NCBI GenBank assembly: GCA_038087875.1
Contig: CM075995.1
Coordinates: 4,404,001 to 4,468,000, forward strand
DNA: 64,000 nt
Direction of reading: 5' to 3'
From: Malacoraja senta
Taxonomy: Eukaryota
The translations under genes were made by a program, and so were the position numbers. Shown here piece by piece: positions 49,725 to 62,820 of the stretch (position 1 is its first letter; each line of letters begins with the position of its first letter). The notes below the pieces were generated by a model. That model ran no database searches and had not been told where the DNA came from. It saw only the letters and a list, made by a program, of their open reading frames with translations.

Positions 49725-50191
49725 ATGTCATGAGATTGAAAGGGTTCAGAAAAGATTTACGAGGATATTGCCAGGACTAGAAGGTGTGAGCTATTGGGAG
49801 AGGTTGAGTCGGCTTGGTCTCTATTCTATGGAGCGCAGGAGGATGAGGCGTGATCTTATAGAGGTGTACAAAATCATGAGAGGAATAGATTGGGTAGATG
49901 CACAGAGTCTCTTGCCTAGAGTAGGGAAATCAAGGACCAGAGGACATAGGTTCAAGGTGAAGGGGAAAAGATTTAGTAGGTATCTGAGGGGTAACTTTTG
50001 GGTGTATGGAACAAGCTGCCAGAGGCTGGGTCTATCCCTTTGTTTAAGAAGTAGTTGGACAGGTATATGGATAGGACAGGTTTGGAGGGATATGGACTAG
50101 GTGCAGGCAGGTGGGACTATGTTGCTGGGACATGTTGGCCGGTGTGGGCAAGTTGGGCCGAAGGACCTGTTTCCACATTGTATCACTATGA
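49725..50191 (+). mobile_element. CR1 LINE 3' fragment abutting the MRS2 exon 5 acceptor
   Basis: ERVQKRFTRILPG...DLIEVYKIMRG and 3' UTR ending tgtatcactatga. Confidence 0.85.
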
Positions 50192-50212
50192 TTTTTTCTC
50201 TCCATTTATCAG

Positions 50213-50386
50213 ATCCTTAAAGCTGTAATAACTCCAAAGTATCTTCTTATCCTGGATTATCATCAATCAAATCTGGAGCATTGGCTTTTGAAGGACCTCA
50301 CATTACAATTGGCTGGAGATGGACAACTGGCCACATACTCTTTGCCTTTTGAATTCCGGGCCATAGAAGCAATACTTCATCACAGG
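50213..50386 (+). CDS. MRS2: MRS2 exon 5
   Basis: ILKAVITPKYLLILDY...YSLPFEFRAIEAILHHR, with the LPFEFRA motif; CAG acceptor, GTTAGT donor. Confidence 0.97.
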
Positions 50387-53383
50387 GTTAGTAAAAGGGA
50401 ATTATTTATGTTGCAAAAAAATAAAATCAATGCTTACCAACATGACTTCATTTTCCTCACACGGAATGAATGACATGGTTGAGAGAATATAAATGTTTTA
50501 GAAAGCAAAGTCAACTACCTCAGTTTAGTTTAGTTTATTGTCACGTGTACAGTGAAAAGCTTTTGTTGCGGGCTAACTAGTCAGCAGAAAGACAACACAT
50601 AAATGGAGACACACCTTAATACTATTATACGGAGGGATCTTAGTCTTCTTCAAAATTCAATAAGATAGCATGCAGGTACAGCGAGCAGTTGGGAAGACAA
50701 ATGGAAAACTAGTCTTTATGGTAAATAGGTTAGGATTTAAAAATAACTAACGTCTTGCCACAATTGTACATTACTTGAGACTACATCTGGTGTGCAGATT
50801 TAGTGGTCTTGTTCAAAGAGGGATATGCTTGCATTGGAGGTAATTCAGTAAAGGTTCACTAGGCTGATTCCTGGGATGAAGGTATGAAGTTTTGCAGTTT
50901 GAGCCTGTACTCATTGGAATGTAGAGATGGCAGCATGGTTGTGCAGCGGTACAGTTGCTGACATATAGCGCCAGGAAAGGTTTCCTCCTGCACTCCAAAG
51001 ATGTACAGTTTCATAGGTTAATTGGCTTGGTATAATTGTAAACTGTCCCTAGTGTCTGTCGGATAGCTGGTCCGCGCGGACTCGGTGGGCTGAAGGGCCT
51101 CTTGCCACGCAGTATCTCTAAAGTAAACTAAGCTAAAAAGATGATTTTATTTTAAGCATTGAAGATTCTGAAGCAGCTTGAAAGGTAGATGGCGAGGGAA
51201 CATATTCCCATTCAATGTGATCAAGACTGATCATCCCCAATCAGTACTGAGATGAGGAAGGACTTCTTTTGAGGGTCATGCATCTTTAGGATACTGGCAG
51301 TGGGGACTGAACTATTATATTCCAGGCCAGATTTGCATTCTTTAAGGAAGTTATGAGGATCAGGCAATAAAGTAGAACAGAGGACAAGATCATGGCCTTG
51401 TTGAGAGGCAGAACAAGGAAATCCTCTGTTGATGCCAACATATTTCCTCAAATTTCATAAATTCTAGTTCCAATTTCTTCCTGTGACTATATCTGGCTAT
51501 TCTTCTTGTCAATATCTGGCTATGTTTTCTGTGAAGTTAACAAGAAGTTAAAATTTCCCAATGCAATGTCTACTCATCACCGCTTGTGGTGATATGAAAG
51601 CTACACAATGGCAGTCCCACGCCATCCAGCTTCAGCTGGCTATCACAGAATCTGTAATGTGAACTCCAAAGACGTACAGGATTGTAAGTTAATTGGTTTG
51701 GAAAATTTGTAAATTGCCCCTAATGTGTGTAGGATAGTGTTTGTGTGCGGGGATCGCTGGTCGGCGCAGTCTCGATGGGCTGAAGGGCCTGATTCCGCAC
51801 TGTATCTCTAAACTAAACTAAACTTCAGTCACGCTAATAGATTTTCCTGACTTCATTAGAAATCTCTTGCTTTTAATTATTTGTTGAATAAGTATATTCA
51901 AGGGTTGTAATTTTAAGATGATCAAAATATATTTTTTCCTTGGATTTTGGTTTCTTTTCAGATTTCCAAATGATTTGAAAGTAGAGTTATATTTTTCAGC
52001 TAAAGTTTCAATCCTTGGTTTTAGATCAAGCAATGAATCATAAATCAGTTATCATAAAGCTGGCTCGATGGGCTGAATGGCCTAACTCTGCTCAGATGTC
52101 GTATGCTGATCTTGTTAGAAGAATAAAGTTGACCTAATATTTATTAGCGTAACTGCAACTGGTCACCTAGCTACAGGGGCAATGTCAGTAAGGTGAAAAA
52201 TATGCAGACGAGATTCACCAGGATGTGTACTATAGTCTACATTTGCCGCACTATCAACTGCATTGAGCGTGAGACTCATGCATTTCACGCAATTCTCACG
52301 CTGATCACAGAATTTGACATCTTCAGTTGTCGCCGACAGGGAAGTAGCTTGTCGTATCTTGTCGCGGGTGGACGTAAGTTGACTTCGGTTGTCGTAGGTT
52401 GCCGCCTGTGTGGTCGTAGGTGGACGTCACAATTCGCGAGGAATTGTGTCGCTGGTCGACGTAGCTTGACATTGATTAGGTGGTAGCTTGTCGTAGACAT
52501 TGTCATGGGGTGGGTCCAGATTTCTCACTCTCAACTCTCGCCCAACGTTGGCAGCCCTGCATTTGAATTGTTCGCAAACTTGCAATCCATTTCTTTGCGT
52601 ACCATCACGACTCCATGCGACCAATTTCAGTTTAGTTTAGAGATACAGGCAGAAACAGGCCCTTCAGCCCACCGAGGCCGCACCGACCAGCGATCCCCGC
52701 ACAATAACATTATCCTACACACAAGAGGGACAATTTACATTTATACCAAGCCAATTAACCTACAATCCTGTACATCTTTGGAATGTGGGAGGAAACCGAA
52801 GATCTCGGAGAAAATCTACGCGGTCATGGGGAGAACGTACAACCTCCGTACAGACAGCACCCATAGTCAGGATCGAACCCGGGTCTACTGGTGCTGTAAG
52901 CCAGCAATTACGCAGCGCCGCCGTGCAGTTGAAAATAAGTCAGAATCAAAAATCAAGATTGTCGTGGGCTTTCCGCGAAGTGCATAGTTTTTGTTCTGGA
53001 CCATGCGTCCAATTTTATCAATGTCTGCATGGCTTCTTCTGCATCCCATGCAGGTCACCAGCCTAGATGCAAGCTTTATTGACACTCATAAAGCCTGCAT
53101 ATTTGGGGTATTGTGTTCAGTTTTGGTCACCTGGCATTGGTGCCATTTCTCCAGCAGAGGGCCAACAAATAAAATGTTTGTCGACCTTCTAAAAAAAGTT
53201 AGTCAGTCCCAAGCAATCATGCTCTACACCTTGTCTCCATGTATGTCCAGATCCAGATATCCCTAAAGATTTTGTCCATTTTGCTTGGTCAAGCCAGCTG
53301 ATAAACTTCCATTGTCAGATGGTGCACTTATCAGGTAGCGTATGTCCATTTTGCTGAAAGGTATTTTCTTTTATGTTGTCCAG

Positions 53384-53514
53384 ATTAGTGCTCTGCAAGC
53401 AAGTCTGAATGAGTTACAACCTCAAATATTAGAGACATTAGAAGCTCTGGTGAATCCCAAACAAATGTCCATTGATCGAAGCAAACTGCATATTTTACTT
53501 CAAGACAGCAAAAA
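53384..53514 (+). CDS. MRS2: MRS2 exon 6
   Basis: ISALQASLNELQPQILETLEALVNPKQMSIDRSKLHILLQDSK; CAG acceptor, phase-2 GTAAGA donor. Confidence 0.96.
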
Positions 53515-55157
53515 GTAAGAGTAAACTAATGGCGAAAGTGGAATTTGATAGAAGTATTATAAATGTAGCACAGAAGGTGGCCATTTGACCCATCATGTTT
53601 ATTCAGGATCAAAAGTGGACTTGAAGACTTTTTTGGTCCATAGTTTACAACTTGGTCCAGAGTTTACAACTCTTCAAGTCCTCAAATGAATGGTTTCTGC
53701 CTTCATTATCCCTTATTTGTCCCATACATTGATAAATGGATATTATCATAATCGATAAAATCAGCTTTATTGATTTTCAGAGCTCCTTGGTTCAGTGAGT
53801 AAAATGATTTTTCCTCCTTATCTTTCTCTCAATTAACTTATGTTTTCGGGTTGCACATTGTCTTGTTTATTCTCCCTATTAAGGAAATGTGGTCCTTTCT
53901 TGTGTTCAGGCCTCTCACAGTTTTACACATCTCAATTACTGTAAATCTCCCCTCAGTTTCCTTTGTTGTAAAAACAAAACTGTTCATAAACAGTCACCCT
54001 CACAACAATAGACAATAGGTGCAGGAGTAGGCTATTTGGCCCTTTGAGCCAGCCATTCAATGTGATCATGGCTGATCATCCCCAATCGGTACCCCGTTCC
54101 TGCCTTCTCCCCATATCCCCTATCTTTAAGAGCCCTATCTAGCTCTCTCTTGAAAGTATCCAGAGAACCGGCCTCCACCGCCCTCTGAGGCAGAGAATTC
54201 CAGACTCTCTGTGTGAAAAAGTGTTTCCTCATCTCCGTTCTAAATGGCTTACCCCTTCCTTATTCTTAACTAATACATAGATTTCCTCTGTCATCTTTGG
54301 TGCTTTTGCATTTTTTTTACAATATGCTTACCAGTACTGTACCTTGTACCCGTGTTGTGAACTATTGTTTTCTATCTTCAAGCTTGACTTTCCTGTTCTT
54401 GTTTTCCGTACCTTAGTGAATAAAAGCAACTATCCCAAAATGCCTTCTGAACCACCTTTATTAACTTGTACTGCAATCAGTCTGAAGAAAAGTCTCGACC
54501 CAAACGTCACCCATTCCTTCTCTCCAGAGATGCAGCCTGTCCCGCTGAGTTACTCCAGCATTTTGTGTCTACCTTCGATTTAAACCAGCATTTGCAGTTC
54601 TTTCCTACACACTGCTACCTTAATTAATGTGTTACAGTTTGAGGTTCAACCAACACTTTCTTTATGAACCCCAATGACAAAGCTGGTAGAGCTACTGCCT
54701 CATAGTGCCATAGATCTGTGTACAATGCTGATTTTAGCTGCGGTGTATGGAATTAACATATTCTCCCTGTGACCGTATGGGTTTCCTCCAGGTGCTCCAG
54801 TTTCCTCCCACATCCCAAAGACGTGGGTTAGTAGGTATAAATTGCCTCGATATGTCAGTTTAATTTAGTTTGGAGATATAGCACGGAACTTCAGCCCACC
54901 AAATCCGTGCCGACCATCGACCCCCCGCTCACACTAGTTCTGTTACCCCACTTTCTCATTCACTCACTTCACACTAGGGGCAGTTTATAGAGGCCAATTA
55001 ACCTGCAAACCCGCCCGTCTTTGGGATGTGAGGGGAAACCGGAGCACCCAGAGGAAACCCATGCGGTAGAATCCTAGAGTGGGGAGAATGTGGAGAATAA
55101 AGATGGGATTAATGTAGAATGTGTGTAAGCGGGTGGTTGATTCTCAGTGTGGACTTA

Positions 55158-55548
55158 AGCCCCTGTCCCCCTTAGGAGACCTAAACAGCAACTTCTGGTG
55201 ACCTTGCCCGCCACCCAAGGTTTCCATGAGGTCACCGGAGGTTTTGGTCACTCTCCCTAATGGTCGAAAGTGGTTTCCGCGTGGTCGAGGCTTCATCTAG
55301 GTTGCTGCTATTTTTTCATCATGTTTAAAACTGGCCTCGACTAAATATAGGTTGCCGTTTTTAAATTAGATAATTTTTTAGTCACAGGTCTAGTCAAAGC
55401 CAGTTTTCTTCATAGTCGAGGAAGGTTTTCAACATATGCGTGGGAAGTGGTAGGAGGTTGCAGGTCACCTCGACCTTGATTTTTTTTTTGGGTGGCGGGC
55501 AAGGTCACCAGAGATTGCTGTTTAGGTCTCCTAAGTGGGACAGGGGCT
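55158..55548. mobile_element. PIF/Harbinger-type MITE inserted in a SINE tail
   Basis: TIRs AGCCCCTGTCCC...GGGACAGGGGCT (~60 bp), TTA TSD on both sides. Confidence 0.9.
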
Positions 55549-58011
55549 TTAGTGAGCTAAAGGGCGTGACTCCATGTCTCCATTCCCCCTGCTGCCATGG
55601 CAACATTCACCACGTCATGATTATCTTTGGCAAATCTGTACTTCTTAAAACAAAATCGTTTAAATTTGGTGCATCCTGATTCTCATCTACAACCCATCAT
55701 CCCTGTGCTTGGTTCTATATTGGATTCTGAAAAATATCAAGAGCTTCAAATATTCATCCTAATTTTCAAATGTTTAGTTTAGTGATAGGGTGTGGAAACA
55801 GGTTCTTCGGCCCACCGAGTCCATGCCAACCAGCGATCCCGTACACTAGCACTATCCTACACACTAGGGACAATTTACAATCTATACCAAAGCCAATTAA
55901 CCTACAAACCTGTACGTCTTTGGAGTGTGGGAGGAAACCATAGCACCCGGGGAAAACCCACGCGGTCACGTACAAACTCCATACAGTCAGCACCCGTAGT
56001 CAGGATCTAACACGGGTTTCTGGCACTGTAAGGCAGCAACTCTGCCACTGTGCCACTGTGCTGCACTCAATATAATGTCTTTATGGATTTTCTCCTCCCT
56101 TCCTCTAATTTCCCCCAGCCTTACAGATCCCTGCCATTCCAGTTTATAGCCCATTTTTCAAATATTCCCCTGTTGTGACTCTTCAACTTCCCAGGTTCTC
56201 AGCCCTAAAATTCCCTCCCAAATCATCCCTATCCTGTTAAAACATTCCTTACCCTGCCTATTTGACCAGGTCTCTCCGTATCTCGGTACACATGACAATA
56301 ATAAACCTCAATATTAAAAAAAGACACAATGTGCAGGAGTAACTCAGCGGATCAGGTAGTGTCTCTGGAAAACACGGATGGGTGATGTTTTGGGTCGGGA
56401 AAGATTGGGTTGGGTCTGAAGAAGAGCCTCCACAGTTGCTGCCTGACCCGCTGAGTGACTCCAGCACTTTTTTAAAATATTTAAGTTTATTATTGTCAGG
56501 TACAGAAAAATCTGGTCAAATAGACAGGGTAAGGAAAGTTTAGGTAAGGAAAGTTCTTTTGTAAACCTGGAGTTCCTTGTTTCTGAACCTAAATCTAACT
56601 TTTGATCATCTCTCTCCCTCTTTACATGGGTCAGTGATCTACAGCGCCAGAGACCCGGGTTCGATCCTGACTACTGGTGCTGGCTAGTTTGTGCGTTCTC
56701 CCCGTGACCGCGTGGCTGTAGGTTTGTAGGTTATGGTGTCGGAAGGAACTGCACATGCTGGTTTAAACCTAAAATAGGCACAAAAAACTGGTGTAACACA
56801 GCGGGACAGGCAGCATCTCAGGAGAGAAGGAATGGATGACTTTTCGGGTCGAGACCCTTCTTCAGACTGCTTTCTGACAATGGAGGAGACCTAGGACAGA
56901 AAGGTCTGTGTGGGAATGGGAAGGAGAATTAAAGTGTTTAGCAACCAGGAGATCAGGTAGGTTCAGGCGGACTGAAGAAGGGTCTCGACCCGAAAATCAC
57001 CCATTCCTTCGCCCCAGAGATGCTGCCTGCCTTGCTGAGATACTCCAGCTTTTTGTGTCTATCTTAGGTTTGTAGGTTAATTGGCTTCGGTAAAGATTGT
57101 AAATTGTCTCTAGTGTGTAGGATAGTGCTAGTCTATGAGTATCATTGATCAGCCAGGACTGCGCTGTATCACATAACTACCACTCGCTTCACGTTAATGC
57201 CAACTTACAGTCATCAAATAATATACCAGCCTGTACATGTTTGGGATGTAGGAGGATGGAGCAACCAGACGAAACCCATGCAGTTACAGGGAAAACAAGG
57301 AAACTCCAAGCAGACATAAATGAAGGTCAGGATTCACTCCTGGAACTGTGAACCATAAAAATCATGGCAAAGACTTTGTATTTAACTACAGATTATCTTC
57401 ACTGATAGAACGAAGGGCATAAATGTACCATTTACATAGTCAAATTAACTGTAGGTACAAAGAACTGCAGATGCTGCGCTATAAAAAAGACACAAAGCGC
57501 TGGAGTAACTCAGCGGGTCAGGCAGCAACTCTGGAGAACATGGACAGCTGACGTTTCGGGTGGGGAAACATCACCTATCCAGGTTCTCTGGAGATGCTGT
57601 CTGACCCGCTGAGTTACTCCAGAACTTTGTATTAAATTAATGGTGACATTCACATTTATAATAAATTGCTACAAATGATTAGTTTAGTTTAGAGATATAG
57701 CGAAGAAACATGCCCTTCGGCCTGCCAAGTCCACGCCACACACTAATCCTACACTACACACACTAGGGACAATTTACAAATTTACCAAGCCAATTAGCCT
57801 GCAAACATGTACTTCTTTGGAGTGTGGGAGGAAACCGGAGAAAACATATGCAGGTCACAGGGAAAATGTACAAACTCCGTACAGACAACACCCGTAGTCA
57901 GGATCGAACCCGGGTCTCTAGCACTGTATGGTAGAGAATGTGAGCATACAAAGAAATGTGCATAGCTTATATTGCATTTTCTCAGTCTTTTTCACCTGTG
58001 TTATTTCAAAG

Positions 58012-58122
58012 CTTGTCTGGATTGGAGACGGACGTAAAGGTCTTCAAGGAGACGTTGCTGGAGATTCTAGATGAAGAGAAGCTGCTAAAAGAACTTTGTC
58101 TCACCAGCGAGCAACTTGTTTC
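58012..58122 (+). CDS. MRS2: MRS2 exon 7
   Basis: LSGLETDVKVFKETLLEILDEEKLLKELCLT...; AAG acceptor, phase-2 GTATGT donor. Confidence 0.93.
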
Positions 58123-58394
58123 GTATGTATAGAGCTTTCCTTATTGTCACCCATGTTAAAAGTCTCCCGGGTATGATCACTTTCAATTTCATCAGCAAGC
58201 AGTGAAGAAAGCATAGGGATCAGCTTTTACTTTGATGTGAATTGAGAAATAGAGAACTTTACCCCTCAGTCTAAATAGCAAGCCATGTGGAATCGCAAAA
58301 AACCTGCTTAAGAAGGTATATTTTTTAAGCAGATGACATTTGTATTAATGTATGGAAAATGGTATATACTATTTAAATTTTATATCTTTTAGTA

Positions 58395-60009
58395 CAGTGG
58401 CTTGCAAAAGTTTTCATACCCCTTGAACTTTTCCACATTTTGTTAAGTTACAACCACAAAAGTAAATGTATTTTATTGGGATTTTATGTGATAGACCAAC
58501 ACAAAGTGGTGCATAATTGTGAAGTGGAAGGAAAATGATACATGGTTTTCAAATTTATTTACAAATAAAAAACTGAAAAGTGTGGCGTGCAAAGGTAATC
58601 AGCCCCCCTGAGTCAATACTTTGTAGAACCACCTTTCGCTGCAATTAAAGCTGCAAGTCTTTTGGGGTATGTCTCTACCAGCTTTGCACATCTAGAGACT
58701 GAAATGTTTGCCCATTCTTCTTTGCAAAATAGCTCAAGCTCAGTCAGATTGGATGGAGAGCGTCTGTGAACAGCAATTTTCAAGTCTTGCCAGAGATTCT
58801 CAATTGGATTTAGGTCTGGACTTTGACTGGGCCATTCTAACACATGAACATGCGTTGATCTAAACCATTCCATTGTAGCTCTGGCTGTATGTTTAGGGTC
58901 GTTGTCCTGCTGGAAGGTGAACCTCCGCCCCAGTCTCAAGTCTTTTGCAGACCAACAGGTTTTCTTCCAAGATTGCCCTGTATTTGGCTCCATCCATCTT
59001 CCCATCAACTCTGACCAGCTTCCCTGTCCCTGCTGAAGAAAAGCATCCCCACAGCATGATGCTGCCACCACCATGTTTCACAGTGGGGATGGTGTGTTCA
59101 GGGTGATGTGCAGTGTTAGTTTTCTGCCACACATAGCATTTTGCATTTAGGCCAAAAACTTCCATTTTGGTCTCATCTGACCAGAGCACCTTCCTCCACA
59201 TGTTTGCTGTGTCCCCCACATGGCTTGTGGCAAACTGCAAACGGGACTTCTTATGGGGTTTTTTCAACAATGGCTTTCTTCTTGCCACTCTTCCATAAAG
59301 GCCCGATTTGTGGAGTGCACGACTAATAGTTGTCCTGCGGACAGATTCTCCCACCTGAGCTGTGGATCTCTGCAGCTCCTCCAGAGCTACCATGGGCCTC
59401 TTGGCTGCTTCTCTGATCAATGCTCTCCTTGCCCGGCCTGTCAGTTTAGGTGGACGGCCATGTCTTGGTAGGTTTGCAGTTGTGCCATACTCTTTCCATT
59501 TTCGGATGATGGATTGAACAGTGCTCCGTGAGATGTTCAAAGCTTGGGATATTTTTTTATAACCTAACCCTGCTTTAAACTTCTCCACAACTTTATCCCT
59601 GACCTGTCTGGTGTGTTCCTTGGGCTTCATGATGCTGTTTGTTCACTAATGTTCTTTAACAAACCTCTGAGGCCTTCACAGAACAGCTGTATTTATACTG
59701 AGATTAGATTACACACAAGTGGACTCTATTTACTAATTAGGTGACTTCTGAAGGCAATTGGTTGCACTGGATTTTATTTAGGGGTATCAGAGTAAAGGGG
59801 GCTGAATACTTTTGCACGCCACACTTTTCAGTTTTTTATTTGTAAAAAAATGTGAAAACCATGTATCATTTTCCTTCCACTTCACAATTATGCGTCACTT
59901 TGTGTTGGTCTATCACATACAATCCCAATAAAATACATTTACATTTGTGGTTGTAACGTGACAAAATGTGGAAAAGTTCAAGGGGTATGAAAACTTTTGC
60001 AAGTCACTG
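58395..60009 (-). mobile_element. Full-length Tc1-family DNA transposon (DD34E, IR/DR type, Passport-like) in MRS2 intron 7
   Basis: TA|CAGTG...CACTG|TA ends; ~213-bp TIRs (58395-58607, 59797-60009) with inner and outer direct repeats; transposase 59630->58613. Confidence 0.97.
58613..59630 (-). pseudogene. Tc1 transposase with a single frameshift near 58950
   Basis: Paired-like HTH with GRPPK, WSDETK, FQQDNDPKH and WPSQSPDLNPIENLW, with 34 residues between D2 and E. Two overlapping ORFs (245 aa and 153 aa) join at EENLL/SAKDL. Confidence 0.95.
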
Positions 60010-60646
60010 TATATACAGGTTTCTAACTATACCCAGGTATATGCAGGTATATAGCTATACCCAGGTATATACAGTATCTATACCTGGAGTTAGATTCTAT
60101 TGTGTTTCACCTCATGGTGATTTTTAAAATACCGACGGTCTAGTTTAATGAAGACAGAAATGCTGGGGATACTCAGTGGGTGTGGTGCAATTCTGGAGAG
60201 AGCAACAGTGGTAACGTTTCCAGTCTGCAACCTTTTACCGGAGCTGGGAAAAGTTAGAAAAAGTTAGATTTTATTTTGCATAGAAGGGAAGGATGAGGAG
60301 AGCATAAAAAAATGTCTGCAATCTGATAACCAGGTTTTTTGGTATCTAGCGTCTTATAAATGTGGGGCCGTACAGTGGCGCTGCGGTGGAGTTGCTGCCT
60401 TACAACGCCAGAGACCCCAGTTCAAGCCTGACTTTAGGTGCTATCTGTATGGAATTTGCACATTCCCCATGTCTCCGGGTGCTTAGGTTTCCTCCCACGC
60501 TCCAAAGAAGTACAGGTTTGTAGGTTAATTGGCTTTGGTAAGTTGTTAAATTGTCCCTAGAGTGTAGGATATTGCTACTGTACGTGTGAACACTGGTCGG
60601 CGCAGACATGAAGGGCCCATTTCCGCACTGTATCTCTAAAGTCTAA

Positions 60647-60963
60647 AGGCTCGGTGACGCAGCAGTAGAGTTGCTGCCTTACAGCGCTTGCAGCGCCGGA
60701 GACCCAGGTTCGATCCCGACTACGGGTGCTGGCTGTACGGAGTTTGTACGTTCTCCCCGTGACCTTGCTTGGGTTTTCTCCGAGTTCTTCGGTTTCCTCC
60801 CACACTCCAAAGACGTACAGGTTTCTAGGTTAATTGGCTTGGTGTATGTGTAAAATTGTCCCTATTGTGTGTAGGACAGTGTTAGTGTGCAGGGATCGCT
60901 GGTCGGCGCAGACTCGGTGGGCCGAAGGGCCTGTTTCCGCATTGTATCACTGAACTAAACTAA
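60647..60963 (+). mobile_element. tRNA-derived HE1/V-SINE-type SINE (representative; >20 copies, e.g. 9053-9345, 23645-23953 minus, 31418-31705, 33075-33325 minus, 52628-52925 minus, 55772-56065 minus, 62959-63255)
   Basis: Pol III A box (tggcgcagcgg-like) and B box (ggttcgatcc), conserved core gtacgttctccccgtgacc, LINE-shared tail gggccgaagggcctgtttcc, and (CTAAA)n end. Confidence 0.9.
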
Positions 60964-61916
60964 AGAAAATGTAAATAATTCCTCAGATGCAGCCATATGT
61001 TACCTTAGGAATAGGAAGGGGGGGTAATACTTAGCAGAAACAATGAACTGCAGTTGCCTGTTTACCAAAATAAAGACACAAAATGCTGGAGTAACTTAGG
61101 GGGTCAGGCATTATCACTGGAGAACATGGGTAGGTGACATTTCCGGTTGAGCCCCATCTTCAGACTCAGTAATGCTTGGTATGATTATGCTTAATGTATA
61201 GCAAGATTGTCACTGAACTGTGTGTCCACCGAGTTCGTGCCGACCAGCGATCCACGTACACTAGCTCTATCCTACACACACTAGGGACAATTTACAATTT
61301 TACCGAAGCAGATTAACCTACTTAACCTGGAGTGTGGGAGGAAACCTGGGCACCTGGAGAAAACCCACACTGTCACAGGGAGAAAAATACATAACAGACA
61401 ATAGGTGCAGGAATAGGCCAGTCGGCCCTTCGAGCCAGCACCGCCATTAAATGTGATCATGGCTGATCATCCCCAATCAATACCCCGTTCCTGCCTTTTC
61501 CCCCATATCCCCTAACTCTGCTATTTTTAAGAGCCCTATCCAGCTCTCTCTTGAAAATCCAGCTCTCTCTTGAAAATCCAGCTCTCTCTTGAAAACAAAC
61601 AAACTCAGTACAGGCAGCACCAGTAGTCAGGTTCGAACCTGGAACTCTGTTGCTGTAAGGCAGCATCTCTACCGCTGCACCACCCATACTTGAATACATG
61701 TGACAATCAAGTACCATTCACCGTCAGTTGCATTCTTCACAGTAATTATGCTTCAAGAGGTGTGGAGTAATTATGCTTTTCGAAGTGAAAATTGTACCAT
61801 CTATAAAGGGACATTTTTTTTTTAGAAGCTCCATCAAAAGTGAATGTGACCATGAAAAGTTTGCAATGCTGGAGTTCAAGCCCATAGTGTTCAACTGATA
61901 GTTTGTTGGTTTGCAG

Positions 61917-62069
61917 TCATCAGAGTAATTCCGGAATCGACCTCACAGAAGAGATGGAACTCCTTCTTGAAAATTATTACCGACAGGCCGAAGACCTGGC
62001 CAACACAGCACGGGAGCTGAAGGTGTTGATAGATGATTCTGAGAGCATCATTTTTATCAACTTGGACAG
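61917..62069 (+). CDS. MRS2: MRS2 exon 8 (gene continues beyond the window; the GMN-motif exon was not seen)
   Basis: GIDLTEEMELLLENYYRQAEDLANTARELKVLIDDSESIIFINLD; ttgcag acceptor, AG|GTTGGT donor. Confidence 0.97.
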
Positions 62070-62195
62070 GTTGGTTAATGCCTGCATCCCTCCCCTCAAT
62101 GAATCATGGTGTATTTGCTACATTATGTGCATCCCTTCCCCCGTATTTCAGTTTAGTTTATTGTCACGTGTACCGAGGTACAGTGAAAAGCTTTA

Positions 62196-62820
62196 AGGGC
62201 CTGCCCCACTTGGGCGTCATTTGCGCGTCATTTACGCGACATCCTAAAAATTGGATGGCACGTCGCGACGCGCGCGTGGTGAGGCATGGTGGCGTATGCA
62301 GTGACGCGAGGTAACGCGCGGCGCCCCAGGATTTTGCAGTGCTCAAAATCCTTGTGTATCCCTTGCGCACGCTGATGTACTGATGGCGTACGTGTAGCGC
62401 GTGATGACGCATGGTTACACACGGTGACGCACGAACATTGCCTATGCTAATTTATTATGCGTAACCGTGCATCAACGTCCCTAACCATGCGCTGCCCGTA
62501 CGCCGTTGGCGCGCCATTTGCTCGTCATTTGAGCGCCGCACCACTTGACCACCCGGGTATAAAGCGCGTGTAGTTTTGAAAAATTTTCACCATAGTATCT
62601 TTGATTTTGACTGGGAAGATCCTTGTCAAGGAGATCGGACTAAGTACGAACGACATCGCAAATGGCTCCCAAAAGAATCAGGGCCCTCAAGAGCACTTGG
62701 CGCGCGACTGTCGTACTGCTAGACGATTTTCGCACGACAGTCGCGCAACTGTCGCTCGTCAGTCACTACCGGCCTGTCGCGTAAATGACGCGCAAATGAC
62801 GCCTAAGTGGGACAGGCCCT
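62196..62820. mobile_element. PIF/Harbinger-type MITE inserted in a LINE 3' tail
   Basis: TIRs AGGGCCTGCCCCACTTGGGCGTCATTTGCGCG... / ...GTGGGACAGGCCCT; TSD imperfect (TTA/TTG). Confidence 0.85.

Noticed and set aside
52200..52620. GTCGTAG-rich segment resembling a MITE interior
   Set aside because: No TIRs or TSD could be delimited.
55591..55604. Isolated X-box GCTGCCATGGCAAC in MRS2 intron 6
   Set aside because: A single motif with no supporting context; could be chance.
60647..60730. tRNA-like sequences with A and B boxes
   Set aside because: These are SINE heads continuing into SINE core and tail, not tRNA genes.
61541..61595. 19-bp triplication cagctctctcttgaaaatc
   Set aside because: Simple slippage at a CR1 truncation point.
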